DNA of 64,000 nt, taken from positions 184,029-248,028 of IMG/VR virus record IMGVR_UViG_3300032007_000003, one strand, 5' to 3'. The position numbers were made by a program, and so were the translations under genes. Below are positions 50,018-59,740 of this stretch, in pieces. Under the pieces are notes generated by a model. The model was not told the DNA's origin and made no database searches. It saw only the letters and a list, made by a program, of their open reading frames with translations. The DNA is from a virus. Lineage: Duplodnaviria; Heunggongvirae; Uroviricota; Caudoviricetes. Each line of letters starts with the position of its first letter. Position 1 is the stretch's first letter.

Positions 50018-51691
50018 ATGAATACAAAAACAGCAACAAAGACAAACGCATTCGTTAATGCAGTTAACTTTAAGTCAACCACTTTCACTGAGAATGGCGC
50101 AGTTACTAACGTATCAACTGGTTCAGCTCTTGTTGACCAATTCGGTAAGGCTGGTAACTTCAGAGGTCGCACACTTGCAGAAGTATTTGCTGACCAAGCT
50201 ACAATTTGGGCTGAGAATCCAAGTGCAGCTCTTCGTTTCCCATTCTACCTTCGTATGGTTACACGTAAGGTTAAGGTGAATGCCGATAACGAAACTGATA
50301 AGGTTCAGAACGGTCAAGGCGCTCGTGATGAGTCGTTCAAGCGTTTGCTTTGGATTGCTCAAGAGCAGAAGGATGCGTTCTACAAGAATATCTGGGCATT
50401 GCCTCTTGTTGGTTCTTGGAAGGACTTGTGGACTTTGATGTACTACGACATCAAGGATAACATCAAGTGCTTGAATCAAAAGGCACTATTTGAGGTTATC
50501 GCACAAGGTTTGCTTTGCGATACTCATGTTGACTTGATTAAGAAGTATATGCCTCGTATCAAGTCACAGAGCAAGTGCAAAACTGAGTGGACTACCATCA
50601 CTAATGATTTGGCAAAGGCATTTGCTAATCAGATGGGTATTACCTATAAGGAGTACAATAAGATGAAGTCAAGCGGTAGAGCACACGACTTCCAAAAGTT
50701 GATTTGTTCTCGTAACTATAAGGACTTGAATTGGAATCACATTCCAGGTCGTGCTCTTAATCTTCTCGTTACAAGTAAGTTCCTTTCAAACCACAATTTG
50801 AAGGATAACTACACACAGTGGATTATGGCACAGCCAGTGGCTAAGTTCACAGGTTACGTCTTTGAACTTGCTAAGAAACTCCGTGATGCACGTGGCTCAC
50901 GTGGCTATTACAGAGGTTCAGCTACAATTGCTCCAGAGGTTAAGCACACCCTTGACGCTCAGTTTAAGGGTCTTGTTGACAAGGCACGTGATGGTGGTAG
51001 AATCACCGAGAACGTATGGTGCTGCCTTGATACTAGTGGCTCAATGAATCAGCCAGTTACAGGTCTTAAGGACATTTATTGTTCAGACGTTGCAAGCTCT
51101 CTTGCATTGTTCTTCGCTGACCTTAACTCTGGTCCATTCCACAACAAGGTTATCATGTTCGATGACACCTCTTATCCATACGATATGAAGGGTGACTCGT
51201 TCTGTGATAGAATCATGAATCTCCCAAGCGTAGGTTGTGGTGGTACTAACTTCCAATCTGCTATTGACGAGATTATCAAGATTAGACAGCAGCACCCAGA
51301 GATTCCACTTGACCAATATCCTACAACTATCTTGGTTGTAAGTGATATGGAGTTCAACCCAGCTGGTGGCTGGCGTTCAAGACGTACTGAGCCTACCAAC
51401 TATGAGTACTCAGTAAGGTCATTGAAGACTGTGTTCCCAGAGGAGTTCGTGGACAACATGAAGTTCATTTGGTGGGATTGCGCTTCAAGGCACGGTGTAA
51501 CTCATTTCGAGGCTTCTGCTTTCGAGAGTGGTGTAACCTTCCTTAGTGGTTTCGATGGTTCAATCATGTCAACTCTTATGGGTATGGACAAGATACTCGA
51601 TGAGAAGACTGGAACCTACCGCAACCCAACAGCCGAGGAGCTTGTTGCGACAGCTTTGTCACAAGAGATTTTGAACTACATTAATATTTAA
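50018..51691 (+). CDS. DUF2828-type TROVE-like protein with C-terminal vWA domain
   Basis: N-terminal TENGA; GSWKDL; KYMPR; MIDAS LDTSGSM, GGTNFQSA, VVSDMEFN; VTFLSGF. Confidence 0.75.
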   Translation: MNTKTATKTNAFVNAVNFKSTTFTENGAVTNVSTGSALVDQFGKAGNFRGRTLAEVFADQATIWAENPSAALRFPFYLRMVTRKVKVNADNETDKVQNGQGARDESFKRLLWIAQEQKDAFYKNIWALPLVGSWKDLWTLMYYDIKDNIKCLNQKALFEVIAQGLLCDTHVDLIKKYMPRIKSQSKCKTEWTTITNDLAKAFANQMGITYKEYNKMKSSGRAHDFQKLICSRNYKDLNWNHIPGRALNLLVTSKFLSNHNLKDNYTQWIMAQPVAKFTGYVFELAKKLRDARGSRGYYRGSATIAPEVKHTLDAQFKGLVDKARDGGRITENVWCCLDTSGSMNQPVTGLKDIYCSDVASSLALFFADLNSGPFHNKVIMFDDTSYPYDMKGDSFCDRIMNLPSVGCGGTNFQSAIDEIIKIRQQHPEIPLDQYPTTILVVSDMEFNPAGGWRSRRTEPTNYEYSVRSLKTVFPEEFVDNMKFIWWDCASRHGVTHFEASAFESGVTFLSGFDGSIMSTLMGMDKILDEKTGTYRNPTAEELVATALSQEILNYINI

Positions 51692-51711
51692 TGAGTTCCT
51701 ACTTTATATAT

Positions 51712-51745
51712 AAATGACCATTGACGAGAGTTGATGGTCATTTTT
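51712..51745 (+). terminator. Intrinsic terminator
   Basis: AAATGACCATTGAC-gaga-GTTGATGGTCATTT followed by Ts. Confidence 0.75.
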
Positions 51746-51765
51746 ATTAAATAAAGTTAAACGAT

Positions 51766-51798
51766 TTTGAATATTGATTTTTTTTTCATATCTTTGCA
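51766..51798 (+). promoter_or_regulatory. Bacteroidetes sigmaA-type promoter
   Basis: TTTG-N19-TATCTTTGCA. Confidence 0.75.
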
Positions 51799-51817
51799 AA
51801 AGTAAAATAGTGTATAT

Positions 51818-51985
51818 ATGTTCTTTAATTACTTTAAAAAGAAGAAAAAGAAAAACAAGGGTAGTAAGTCCAAGTTTACTGTAAATTCATATAAGAAAAA
51901 CTCCATTAGTAAAATTCAAATGATGGAGATAACTAATGCTGTGCTTAATAAAAAAAGGCTGTTTGTATATAGCGAATCAATTTAA
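51818..51985 (+). CDS. Small Lys-rich protein (not in the ORF track)
   Basis: 55 aa MFFNYFKKKKKKNKGSKSKF...; lies between the promoter and tyrS. Confidence 0.4.
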   Translation: MFFNYFKKKKKKNKGSKSKFTVNSYKKNSISKIQMMEITNAVLNKKRLFVYSESI

Positions 51986-52000
51986 AATTATAAAATAAAG

Positions 52001-53293
52001 ATGAATCCATTACTTTCAGAACTTAAAGAGAGAGGACTTATAGCAAGTCTCTCTGGAAACTTAGAGGAATTGTTAAAAACACCAACAACATTCTATGTGG
52101 GAACTGACCCTACTGCCGATAGTCTTCACCTAGGGCATTTGCTTGCCTTTACAACTGCTAAGTTGCTTCAGTCATATGGACACAAGCCAATTGTGCTTTT
52201 AGGAGGTGCAACAGCCTTTATTGGAGACCCATCGTTTAAGTCAGAGGAAAGAAAACTTCTTAGTGCTGAGACTGTAGAACACAACATCAAGGGAATTCAT
52301 GCACAAGTTAGCAAACTCCTTGATTTCAATTCAAAGGATGAGAATGGCGCAATTATGGTTAATAATTGTGATTGGATGAAAAACTTCTCATTCATTGATT
52401 TTGCACGTGAGGTTGGTAAGTGTATTACTGTGAACTACATGATGGCAAAAGATTCAGTTAAAAAACGTCTTGAACGTGAGGGTAACGGAATGTCATTCAC
52501 TGAGTTTACATATCAGCTTATCCAAGGTTACGATTTTGTGGAGTTGTATAAGAAATATAATTGTAAACTTCAGATTGGTGGTAGTGACCAATTCGGAAAC
52601 GGTACAACTGGTATCGAGCTTATCCGTAAGATGGTTGGCGGTAATGATGCATGTATGATTACTTGGCCACTCGTAACCAAGGCAGATGGTACAAAGTTCG
52701 GTAAGTCAGAGAAGGGCAACATTTGGCTTGATGCTGAGAAGACAAGCCCATATGAGTTCTATCAATTTTGGCTAAACCAGTCCGATGTAGACTCTGAGCG
52801 TTTCATTAAGCTCTTCACATTGATTCCATTGGAAGAAATTAACGCCCTCATTGAGAAACATCGTGAGCAGCCTTCAGCTCGTGTATTACAAAAAGAGCTT
52901 GCAAAGTACATGACTTGTATGGTACATTCTGAGGAGGCTTATAACAAAGCAGTAGAAACTTCTGAGATATTGTTTGGTAAAGGTACTACAGAGCAACTAG
53001 CTTCTATTGATGAAAAGTCCCTTCTTGCTGCAATGAATGGTGTTTCAATGGTCGAAGTGTCCAAGGAGCAGTTTACAAGTGGACTTACAGTATTAGACCT
53101 TGCAACAATGCATGATAAAGTACCATCAAAGTCTGAGGCTAGAAAACTGATTAAGGCTAATGGTTTCTCTATCAATAAGGAGAAAGCAACCAATGAAAAG
53201 GCTGTTATTGACTCTAGTAGCTTAATTAATGGTAAGTATTTGCTATTAACCAAAGGACGCAAAGATTATACACTGATTCTTGCAAATGGTTAA
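52001..53293 (+). CDS. tyrS: Tyrosyl-tRNA synthetase
   Basis: GTDPTADSLHLGH, EFTYQLIQGYDF, QIGGSDQFGN, KFGKS, C-terminal S4 domain. Confidence 0.96.
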   Translation: MNPLLSELKERGLIASLSGNLEELLKTPTTFYVGTDPTADSLHLGHLLAFTTAKLLQSYGHKPIVLLGGATAFIGDPSFKSEERKLLSAETVEHNIKGIHAQVSKLLDFNSKDENGAIMVNNCDWMKNFSFIDFAREVGKCITVNYMMAKDSVKKRLEREGNGMSFTEFTYQLIQGYDFVELYKKYNCKLQIGGSDQFGNGTTGIELIRKMVGGNDACMITWPLVTKADGTKFGKSEKGNIWLDAEKTSPYEFYQFWLNQSDVDSERFIKLFTLIPLEEINALIEKHREQPSARVLQKELAKYMTCMVHSEEAYNKAVETSEILFGKGTTEQLASIDEKSLLAAMNGVSMVEVSKEQFTSGLTVLDLATMHDKVPSKSEARKLIKANGFSINKEKATNEKAVIDSSSLINGKYLLLTKGRKDYTLILANG

Positions 53294-53301
53294 ATAATAT
53301 T

Positions 53302-53351
53302 AAAACTGAGGTTATCATTTGGTAGTCTCAGTTTTTTTTCGTATATTTGCA
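53302..53351 (+). promoter_or_regulatory. Overlapping terminator hairpin and sigmaA-type promoter
   Basis: AAAACTGAGGTTATC-attt-GGTAGTCTCAGTTTT; TTTG (53318-21) in the loop, then 20 nt, then TATATTTGCA (53342-51). Confidence 0.75.
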
Positions 53352-53367
53352 AAAAAATAATGTAATT

Positions 53368-53898
53368 ATGGGCGTTTTATATTTTCTATTAATAAGTTTA
53401 GGCATTATTCTTTTATACATTGCGCAAACTGTACTATCTGACCGCAACGAAAAAAAAGAAGCTGAAGAAAGAAGGATTGCCGACCTTCAAAATGATGTAA
53501 AAGAAGAATTAGATGGTATAACCGAATATGCTGATAGATTCGGTGATAAATTCTATGATTCTCTTATTGATTTTGCTAGTAAGATGGAAAAATTATCTTT
53601 GGATGATGTTAAGGTTGATTTAAAACCTTATGACACTTATAATATCAAACGTCTTCAAGAATCATTTAGTCCACTTGGAAAATTTTTGGGTAGAATTGTG
53701 ATTAATAAGAATCTTGAACCAAGGTTTATGGTTTCAGCACCATCTACGATTCCATCTAGGGCAGATATACAGTTGGAGGCAGCATTGACTATTGATGAAG
53801 TTAAGGAACTTGCTGATAAGTGTCGCAAAATAAAGATGGATGTTGACATTGAAGCATTTAGAAAGGATAAAGTAAGGAAAGCAATAAACAATAAATAA
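53368..53898 (+). CDS. Membrane-anchored hypothetical protein
   Basis: N-terminal hydrophobic helix (MGVLYFLLISLGIILLYIA) followed by a coiled coil. Confidence 0.6.
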   Translation: MGVLYFLLISLGIILLYIAQTVLSDRNEKKEAEERRIADLQNDVKEELDGITEYADRFGDKFYDSLIDFASKMEKLSLDDVKVDLKPYDTYNIKRLQESFSPLGKFLGRIVINKNLEPRFMVSAPSTIPSRADIQLEAALTIDEVKELADKCRKIKMDVDIEAFRKDKVRKAINNK

Positions 53899-53900
53899 AT

Positions 53901-54869
53901 ATGGTAGAAACGTATCGTCCAATTCCATTAGATATGGAAGTTGTATTTAAGATTCTTGTAGAGGGAATTAAGAGTTATGTAAATCAGAATCACATTAAGG
54001 TTGTAGTTCTTGGATTAAGTGGTGGTATTGATTCCACAGTAGTAGCTGCACTATGTAAGGCTGGAAACATTCCCCTTATTGGCATATCTCTTCCATGTTC
54101 AACCAATGCAGATGTTGAAAATGATGCAGCCAAAGCTGCTGGGTCAGAGTTCTGTGACACATTTAAGGTGGTCAATCTTCAAGAACCTTATGAGGTAATG
54201 GAGAAGTTCTGTACTGAGGCTAGTGGTAAGGAGAAGACACCAATCTCTCAAGGTAATATCAAGGCACGTCTGCGCATGATTACACTGTATGACATTGCTT
54301 CAAAGGTTGGAGGCATCGTAATGGGCACATCAAATAAAACTGAGTGGCTAACAGGTTTTTGGACACTACATGGTGATGTTGGTGATATAAACCCAATTGG
54401 TGAACTTTGGAAAACAGAAGTTTACGCTCTTGCAAAGTGGATGAAGGAAAATGTTTTCAAAGATTCTAAGGCACTTGAGCAGTCGATTGCACTCATACCT
54501 ACAGATGGTAATGGGGTTAAAGCTGGAGGTGATGCTGAACAGATAATGCCAGGATATACTTATAATGAGATTGACCACGTATTAAGCAAATGGGACGGTC
54601 TTTCAGAGAAGATTAAACCAATGTATGCTACTGATGGCTTAACAGAATCCATTAAAAATACTGTATTTGATGTTGAAAATGAAGATGTTAAGCAGCGTAG
54701 AATGGAGGCTTGTAAGAAGAGTGACAAAGAGTTTGTACCAAATCTTGGAGATTTATATGGAGTGGACTCTGTACGTAAGGTTTGTATGCGCTCTTGGAAT
54801 AGCGAATTTAAACGTAGAAATCTTGAGGTTTGTATAAATCTTAAAGATGGAAATATTTTATTACATTAA
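53901..54869 (+). CDS. nadE: NH3-dependent NAD+ synthetase
   Basis: LGLSGGIDS, NIKARLRM, GTSNKTE, GFWTLHGD, PIGELWKTEVY, PTDG. Confidence 0.9.
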   Translation: MVETYRPIPLDMEVVFKILVEGIKSYVNQNHIKVVVLGLSGGIDSTVVAALCKAGNIPLIGISLPCSTNADVENDAAKAAGSEFCDTFKVVNLQEPYEVMEKFCTEASGKEKTPISQGNIKARLRMITLYDIASKVGGIVMGTSNKTEWLTGFWTLHGDVGDINPIGELWKTEVYALAKWMKENVFKDSKALEQSIALIPTDGNGVKAGGDAEQIMPGYTYNEIDHVLSKWDGLSEKIKPMYATDGLTESIKNTVFDVENEDVKQRRMEACKKSDKEFVPNLGDLYGVDSVRKVCMRSWNSEFKRRNLEVCINLKDGNILLH

Positions 54870-54911
54870 GGATAATTTATCAGTCTTTTTTATTATGTAA
54901 TTGATATTTAT

Positions 54912-56096
54912 ATGTATAAATGGTTATGTTATATGATAAATAGGACTGATATTTTTATAGAAAAATCTAGAGATATTCATGGAGAGAAATATGATTATTC
55001 TAAGGTAGATTTAGAGCATCGTGACGAGAAAGGTAGAGTGTGCATAATATGCCCTAAACATGGTGAGTTCTGGCAAAGACCTAACTCTCACACACATGGT
55101 TGTGGGTGTCCGAAGTGCTGGGAAGAAAGAAAGGACAAATGTTTATTTAGTAACACCAATGAATTTATTGAAAAAGCTAAAAAAGTTCATGGTGATAAGT
55201 ATGACTATTCAAAAGTAGAATATAAACGTTCAAATCAAGATGTATGTATTATTTGTCCTATTCATGGCGAATTTTGGCAAACGCCAAATAAACATTTAGG
55301 TGGTGAAGGCTGTAAAGAATGCGGAAAAATTACTACTGCTAACAAACGTTGTTTAAAAACAGAAGATTTCATCGCCAAAGCCACTAAAGTTCACAACATG
55401 AAATACATCTATAATAAAACTGATTTAAATTCTCGTGATGAAAAAGGTAGGATAATAATCACTTGTCCAATTCACGGAGATTTTTGGCAAACTCCGCACA
55501 ACCACTTGTGTGGCAAGGGCTGTAAGGAATGTGGCATAAAAGAAAGGTCAAATAAAAAGAAATTATCACAAGAAACGATTATGAGTCGTTTTATTGAAAA
55601 ATATGGTGATAAGTATGATTATTCAAAAGTGGTATATAAGAAAATGCATTCTGATGTAATAATTACTTGCCCAAAACACGGAGATTTTACTTGTACGCCA
55701 GCGAATCACTTAGGTAGTAAAGGATGTCCAAAATGTAAAATGAGCCATGCTGAATGCAATGTTGAAAAAGCATTAATAGACAATAATATTGAATATAGAT
55801 ATGATGCTAGAAGAAAAACTTTACCTTGGTTAGAAGAACTAACATTAGATTTTTATTTGCCACAATACAAAATTGCCATAGAATGTCAAGGTGGGCAACA
55901 TTTTTATTCTGTGGATTATTTCGGTGGAGAAGATAAACTCAAATATCGCATTGGTTTGGACGAAAAGAAAAGAAAACTTTGTGAAGACAATGGAGTTAAA
56001 ATATTGTATTATAGCGAAGAAAAAATAGATTTTCCATATGAGAACACTACAAATGTTGATGAGTTAATAAGTAAAATTAAGTTATATGATAGATAA
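54912..56096 (+). mobile_element. Free-standing homing endonuclease: four Zn-binding (DUF723-like) repeats plus Vsr/DUF559-like nuclease
   Basis: FIEKAKKVHGDKYDYSKV...CPIHGEFWQTP..H...GC..C four times; LDFYLP...IAIECQGGQH; probable start ATG 54933; ATATTTATA at 54904. Confidence 0.75.
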
Positions 56097-56346
56097 AAAA
56101 TACGTAGATGCATGTATTGGGAATTTCAATATGCGCCTTGAACAGACTAAAGAAGAAGTACGAAGGGATGGTGAGGATAAAGGCAGCTTTGATTATGCCA
56201 TTGCCAATCTTCGCAACTCTAGGGAGTGTATTGATGCTTTGCAAGGGATTGTAAACCAAATGAAACAAGAGGAACATGACCTTACCCAAGACGTATATAA
56301 CAAGTTTAAGGAGAAAGGTTATAAAAGCACAATTAGATTTACTTGA
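56086..56346 (+). CDS. Hypothetical coiled-coil protein
   Basis: 86 aa. Confidence 0.5.
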   Translation: MIDKKYVDACIGNFNMRLEQTKEEVRRDGEDKGSFDYAIANLRNSRECIDALQGIVNQMKQEEHDLTQDVYNKFKEKGYKSTIRFT

Positions 56347-56349
56347 GGT

Positions 56350-56721
56350 ATGGTAAAATACGTATTACAAGTCTATGTTGATACAGATAGGTTGCTTAAT
56401 GAGACTTGGAAGGAAGGAGAAAATAGATGGGCAAAGGTTGGCTCAAAAAAGTTCAAGCAGATAAAAGGTTGGGACGGTAAATCTCCGTTATACGCATGTG
56501 GTGAACGTTTTAGCACAAGATTAACTAATAACATAGCTAGTGCTAAAACATACAATAGACTTTGTGATTGTGAACATTATTCTTATAGTTGTTATTACCA
56601 TCTTATAAAGTATAGAGGGTTTAAAGATTATCCAATTGTAGATGTTAAAATTTTGAAAGTTGAAATGCGTCCAGTTGTAGTTGCAACAATAGAAACCAAA
56701 CAAGATTGGGGTAATAAATAA
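56350..56721 (+). CDS. Hypothetical protein
   Basis: 123 aa. Confidence 0.55.
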   Translation: MVKYVLQVYVDTDRLLNETWKEGENRWAKVGSKKFKQIKGWDGKSPLYACGERFSTRLTNNIASAKTYNRLCDCEHYSYSCYYHLIKYRGFKDYPIVDVKILKVEMRPVVVATIETKQDWGNK

Positions 56722-56757
56722 GTTAAGCTAACTATATACAAATAGACCAAAATAAAT

Positions 56758-57189
56758 ATGGGCAAGTCGAAATTTTTTGTTGAATTAGTTGATAGAGAGG
56801 GCACAACCTTATATTATAAGAGAGGGTTGGATAAGCAAGAAATAATTAATGGTGCTCTCATGACATACACAGAATATGAGCTTACTGAAAATATCAAGGA
56901 AGCTCGTGAATTCTATGATGAATATGATGCTAAGAATTGCCTTACCTTGATGAAGACGAATCGCCCAGCATGGATGGAGCAATTCAATGCTAGGGTGTAT
57001 CGTATGATGGGTAATAAGGAATTCATTTCTGTCAATACGAGACCATTCGCTCATATTCTGAGAACAATCAAGGGCTATAAGCTAGCCAATGAAGCTGGCA
57101 AGAAAGCCATCATGGAAAAGCTTTTCTATAATGATGAATTATACAAGGCTTGTGAGTTTGCTTTGAACGAATTAAATAAACTGAAGTGA
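56758..57189 (+). CDS. Hypothetical protein
   Basis: 143 aa. Confidence 0.55.
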   Translation: MGKSKFFVELVDREGTTLYYKRGLDKQEIINGALMTYTEYELTENIKEAREFYDEYDAKNCLTLMKTNRPAWMEQFNARVYRMMGNKEFISVNTRPFAHILRTIKGYKLANEAGKKAIMEKLFYNDELYKACEFALNELNKLK

Positions 57190-58070
57190 TGAAGATACAG
57201 TCATTATCAATTGTAGTCCCCACACATGGTTGCATGAATCAGTGCAAGTTCTGTGTGAGTCGCATGCATAAAGAAGAATATAAAGACCTTATTTCTAGTG
57301 GCGATTATTTCCACAAGGAAAGTTATAAGAATCGCATGGCTTTTGCTAGGGATAATGGATGCAATACTGTTATGCTTACTGGACAAGGTGAACCACAACA
57401 GAATATGGCGTTCATTAGTGATTTTGCTAAGATGAATTCTGAATTGGCAATGCCATTTAGAAACATTGAGATTCAAACCACTGGTGCCAAAATTGATGAG
57501 TACACACTTAACTGTCTCCGTAATAATGGCATTACAACGATTAGTGTTTCAGTGTCTTGTTTGAATAATGATGAAATTAATACTGACATTATCAATGGTG
57601 GGCATACACGCATTAACTTGAAATGGCTTTGTTCAACTATTAAAGAATATGGGATGAATCTTCGTTTATCTCTTAATGTGACAAAGTGGATTTATCTTTA
57701 CGAAGAACCAAAGGGAGAATATGAACCGATATTTGAATATTGCAGTAATGTATTGGGTGCTGACCAAATAACATTTCGTAAGATGTATACTGATGGTAGT
57801 GCTACACCTCAGACAAAGTGGATTGATGAAAATAACGTCAAGACAACATCATATTTTGGTGGACTTAATGACTATATTCTCAAAAATGGTCGTTATCTAG
57901 ATACATTGGAATATGGTAGCAAACGTTATTCAGTAATGGGTATGTCAACTGTTATTGATGAGGATTGTATGGCTAAGAGCGAAGAAAAACAGAGTTGGAA
58001 ATATCTCATTCTTCGACCAAATTGCAAGCTGTATACACAGTGGGATGATAAAGGTAGTTTATTGTTCTGA
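57186..58070 (+). CDS. Radical SAM protein
   Basis: CMNQCKFC (CxxxCxxC), LTGQGEP, IEIQTTG, ISVS. Confidence 0.85.
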   Translation: MMKIQSLSIVVPTHGCMNQCKFCVSRMHKEEYKDLISSGDYFHKESYKNRMAFARDNGCNTVMLTGQGEPQQNMAFISDFAKMNSELAMPFRNIEIQTTGAKIDEYTLNCLRNNGITTISVSVSCLNNDEINTDIINGGHTRINLKWLCSTIKEYGMNLRLSLNVTKWIYLYEEPKGEYEPIFEYCSNVLGADQITFRKMYTDGSATPQTKWIDENNVKTTSYFGGLNDYILKNGRYLDTLEYGSKRYSVMGMSTVIDEDCMAKSEEKQSWKYLILRPNCKLYTQWDDKGSLLF

Positions 58071-58072
58071 GT

Positions 58073-58351
58073 ATGGAAAAGATATATGTACTAATTGAAC
58101 GTGCCATTGGTGAACATCAAGGTTTCAAAGGTCAAGAATGTGTTCTATTGGTAATAAGAAAGGAATCTTTAAATGCCAAGGAAACTAGGGAAGCTATTAG
58201 GGATGCCATTGAAAGAAACTTGGGTTATTTTGGTGGCGATGCCTCAATCAAACTTGAAGAGGGTATCTCTCAGTTGATTGGAGAAGAGAAGAAGTTCAAG
58301 ACATTTGATGATGACTATTTATTTTATTTAAGGGAAACAGATTTATGTTAG
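58073..58351 (+). CDS. Hypothetical protein
   Basis: 92 aa; stop overlaps the rtcB start. Confidence 0.55.
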   Translation: MEKIYVLIERAIGEHQGFKGQECVLLVIRKESLNAKETREAIRDAIERNLGYFGGDASIKLEEGISQLIGEEKKFKTFDDDYLFYLRETDLC

Positions 58352-59703
58352 ATATTAAAGGACAGTATTGTAAGGACGTAAAGGTCTTTACTGACAATGT
58401 GGAGGAGACTGCATTGTCAACAATATATAGGATTGCTGATTGTAGGGCATTTAAGGATAGAAAGATTCGTATCATGCCTGATTGTCACGATGGTAAGGGC
58501 ATTGTGATTGGATTCTCATGTCCAGTTAACATTGAGACAGACCACGTTAATCCTGAGCACGTAGGTTGTGACATCGGTTGTACAATCTCTGCCACTTTCT
58601 TCGACAAGCCTATTGTTGAGGATAAGATGAAGGAGTTTGAACACAAGATTCGCAAGGATATTCCATTTGGATTCACTATCAATGACAAGTCCAAGATTGA
58701 TTGGAAGCGAATTGCAAAGGCTATTAACTCAGCTATGGATAGATTGGTTTCACTTTATCCTAAGTTTGTGGACTATACAATCTATTTCAACTCAGAAATG
58801 GATTTAGAGAATTGGTGTAAGCATGTACACATTCCTTATGGTGATTTCATGAAGTCTATTGGCTCTGTGGGTGGTGGTAATCACTTTGTGGAGTACGATG
58901 TTAATGATGACCTTGGTAAGTACTGCATGTGCGTACACTGTGGCTCACGTAAGTTGGGCTTGGCTGTATTCAACTATTGGAATAAGATTGCCAAGAGCAT
59001 GACTATTTCCAAGGAGGAAATGAAAGCGCTTGAGAATAGTGTTAAGACTAAGAACACAGACAGAACCAAGATGAAAGCAGAACTCGATGCTGCAAAGGAG
59101 GAGTATTTGTCAAAGAAAATTCCTGGATATTTGAGTGGTGAGCACCTTATGGGCTATCTTGTTGATGTGTTGATTGCACAAATGTATGCAAAGATTAACC
59201 ACGAGGTTATCAATGAGCAGTTGATTGAGATATATCGTAAGATGTCAAATGGTGGTAAGCCAATTGATTTCATTTCGACTACTCACAACTACATCGACTA
59301 TGACTTTAAGGCATTGATGGGTAAACCTCATATGATGATTCGTAAGGGTTCTATCCGTGCCTATGAGGGTGAGCGTGTAATCATCCCATTCAATATGAAG
59401 GATGGTATCTCAATCTGTGAGGGTAAGTCAAATGAGGATTGGAACTTCACAGCACCACACGGAGCTGGACGTTGTATGTCTCGTGACAAGGCTAACAAAA
59501 CCTTGGATGTTGAGGAGTTCAAGAAGCAGATGGCAGATGCTGGTATCTATACCACCACTGCTGACGAGAAGACATTGGATGAGGCACCAGCTGCATATAA
59601 ACCAATGGCTGAAATCGTGAAGTTGATTGAACCTACAGTTGACATCAAGTTCTTCATGAAGCCAAAGATGAATATCAAGGCAGCAGAGGATAAAAGAAGG
59701 TAA
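58345..59703 (+). CDS. rtcB: RNA ligase RtcB
   Basis: IMPDCHDG, VGCDIGC, GGGNHFVE, VHCGSR, HNYID, RKGS, APHGAGR, DEAPAAYK. Confidence 0.93.
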   Translation: MLDIKGQYCKDVKVFTDNVEETALSTIYRIADCRAFKDRKIRIMPDCHDGKGIVIGFSCPVNIETDHVNPEHVGCDIGCTISATFFDKPIVEDKMKEFEHKIRKDIPFGFTINDKSKIDWKRIAKAINSAMDRLVSLYPKFVDYTIYFNSEMDLENWCKHVHIPYGDFMKSIGSVGGGNHFVEYDVNDDLGKYCMCVHCGSRKLGLAVFNYWNKIAKSMTISKEEMKALENSVKTKNTDRTKMKAELDAAKEEYLSKKIPGYLSGEHLMGYLVDVLIAQMYAKINHEVINEQLIEIYRKMSNGGKPIDFISTTHNYIDYDFKALMGKPHMMIRKGSIRAYEGERVIIPFNMKDGISICEGKSNEDWNFTAPHGAGRCMSRDKANKTLDVEEFKKQMADAGIYTTTADEKTLDEAPAAYKPMAEIVKLIEPTVDIKFFMKPKMNIKAAEDKRR

Positions 59704-59707
59704 ATAG

Positions 59708-59740
59708 AAAATGAGAGCTAATGGTACTAGCTCTCATTTA
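59708..59740. terminator. Bidirectional terminator
   Basis: AAATGAGAGCTA-atggtac-TAGCTCTCATTT. Confidence 0.75.

Noticed and set aside
49900-52000. Y-RNA-like ncRNA beside the TROVE-like gene
   Set aside because: Promoters, a terminator and a small ORF account for the flanks; I saw no tRNA-like or long-stem structure.
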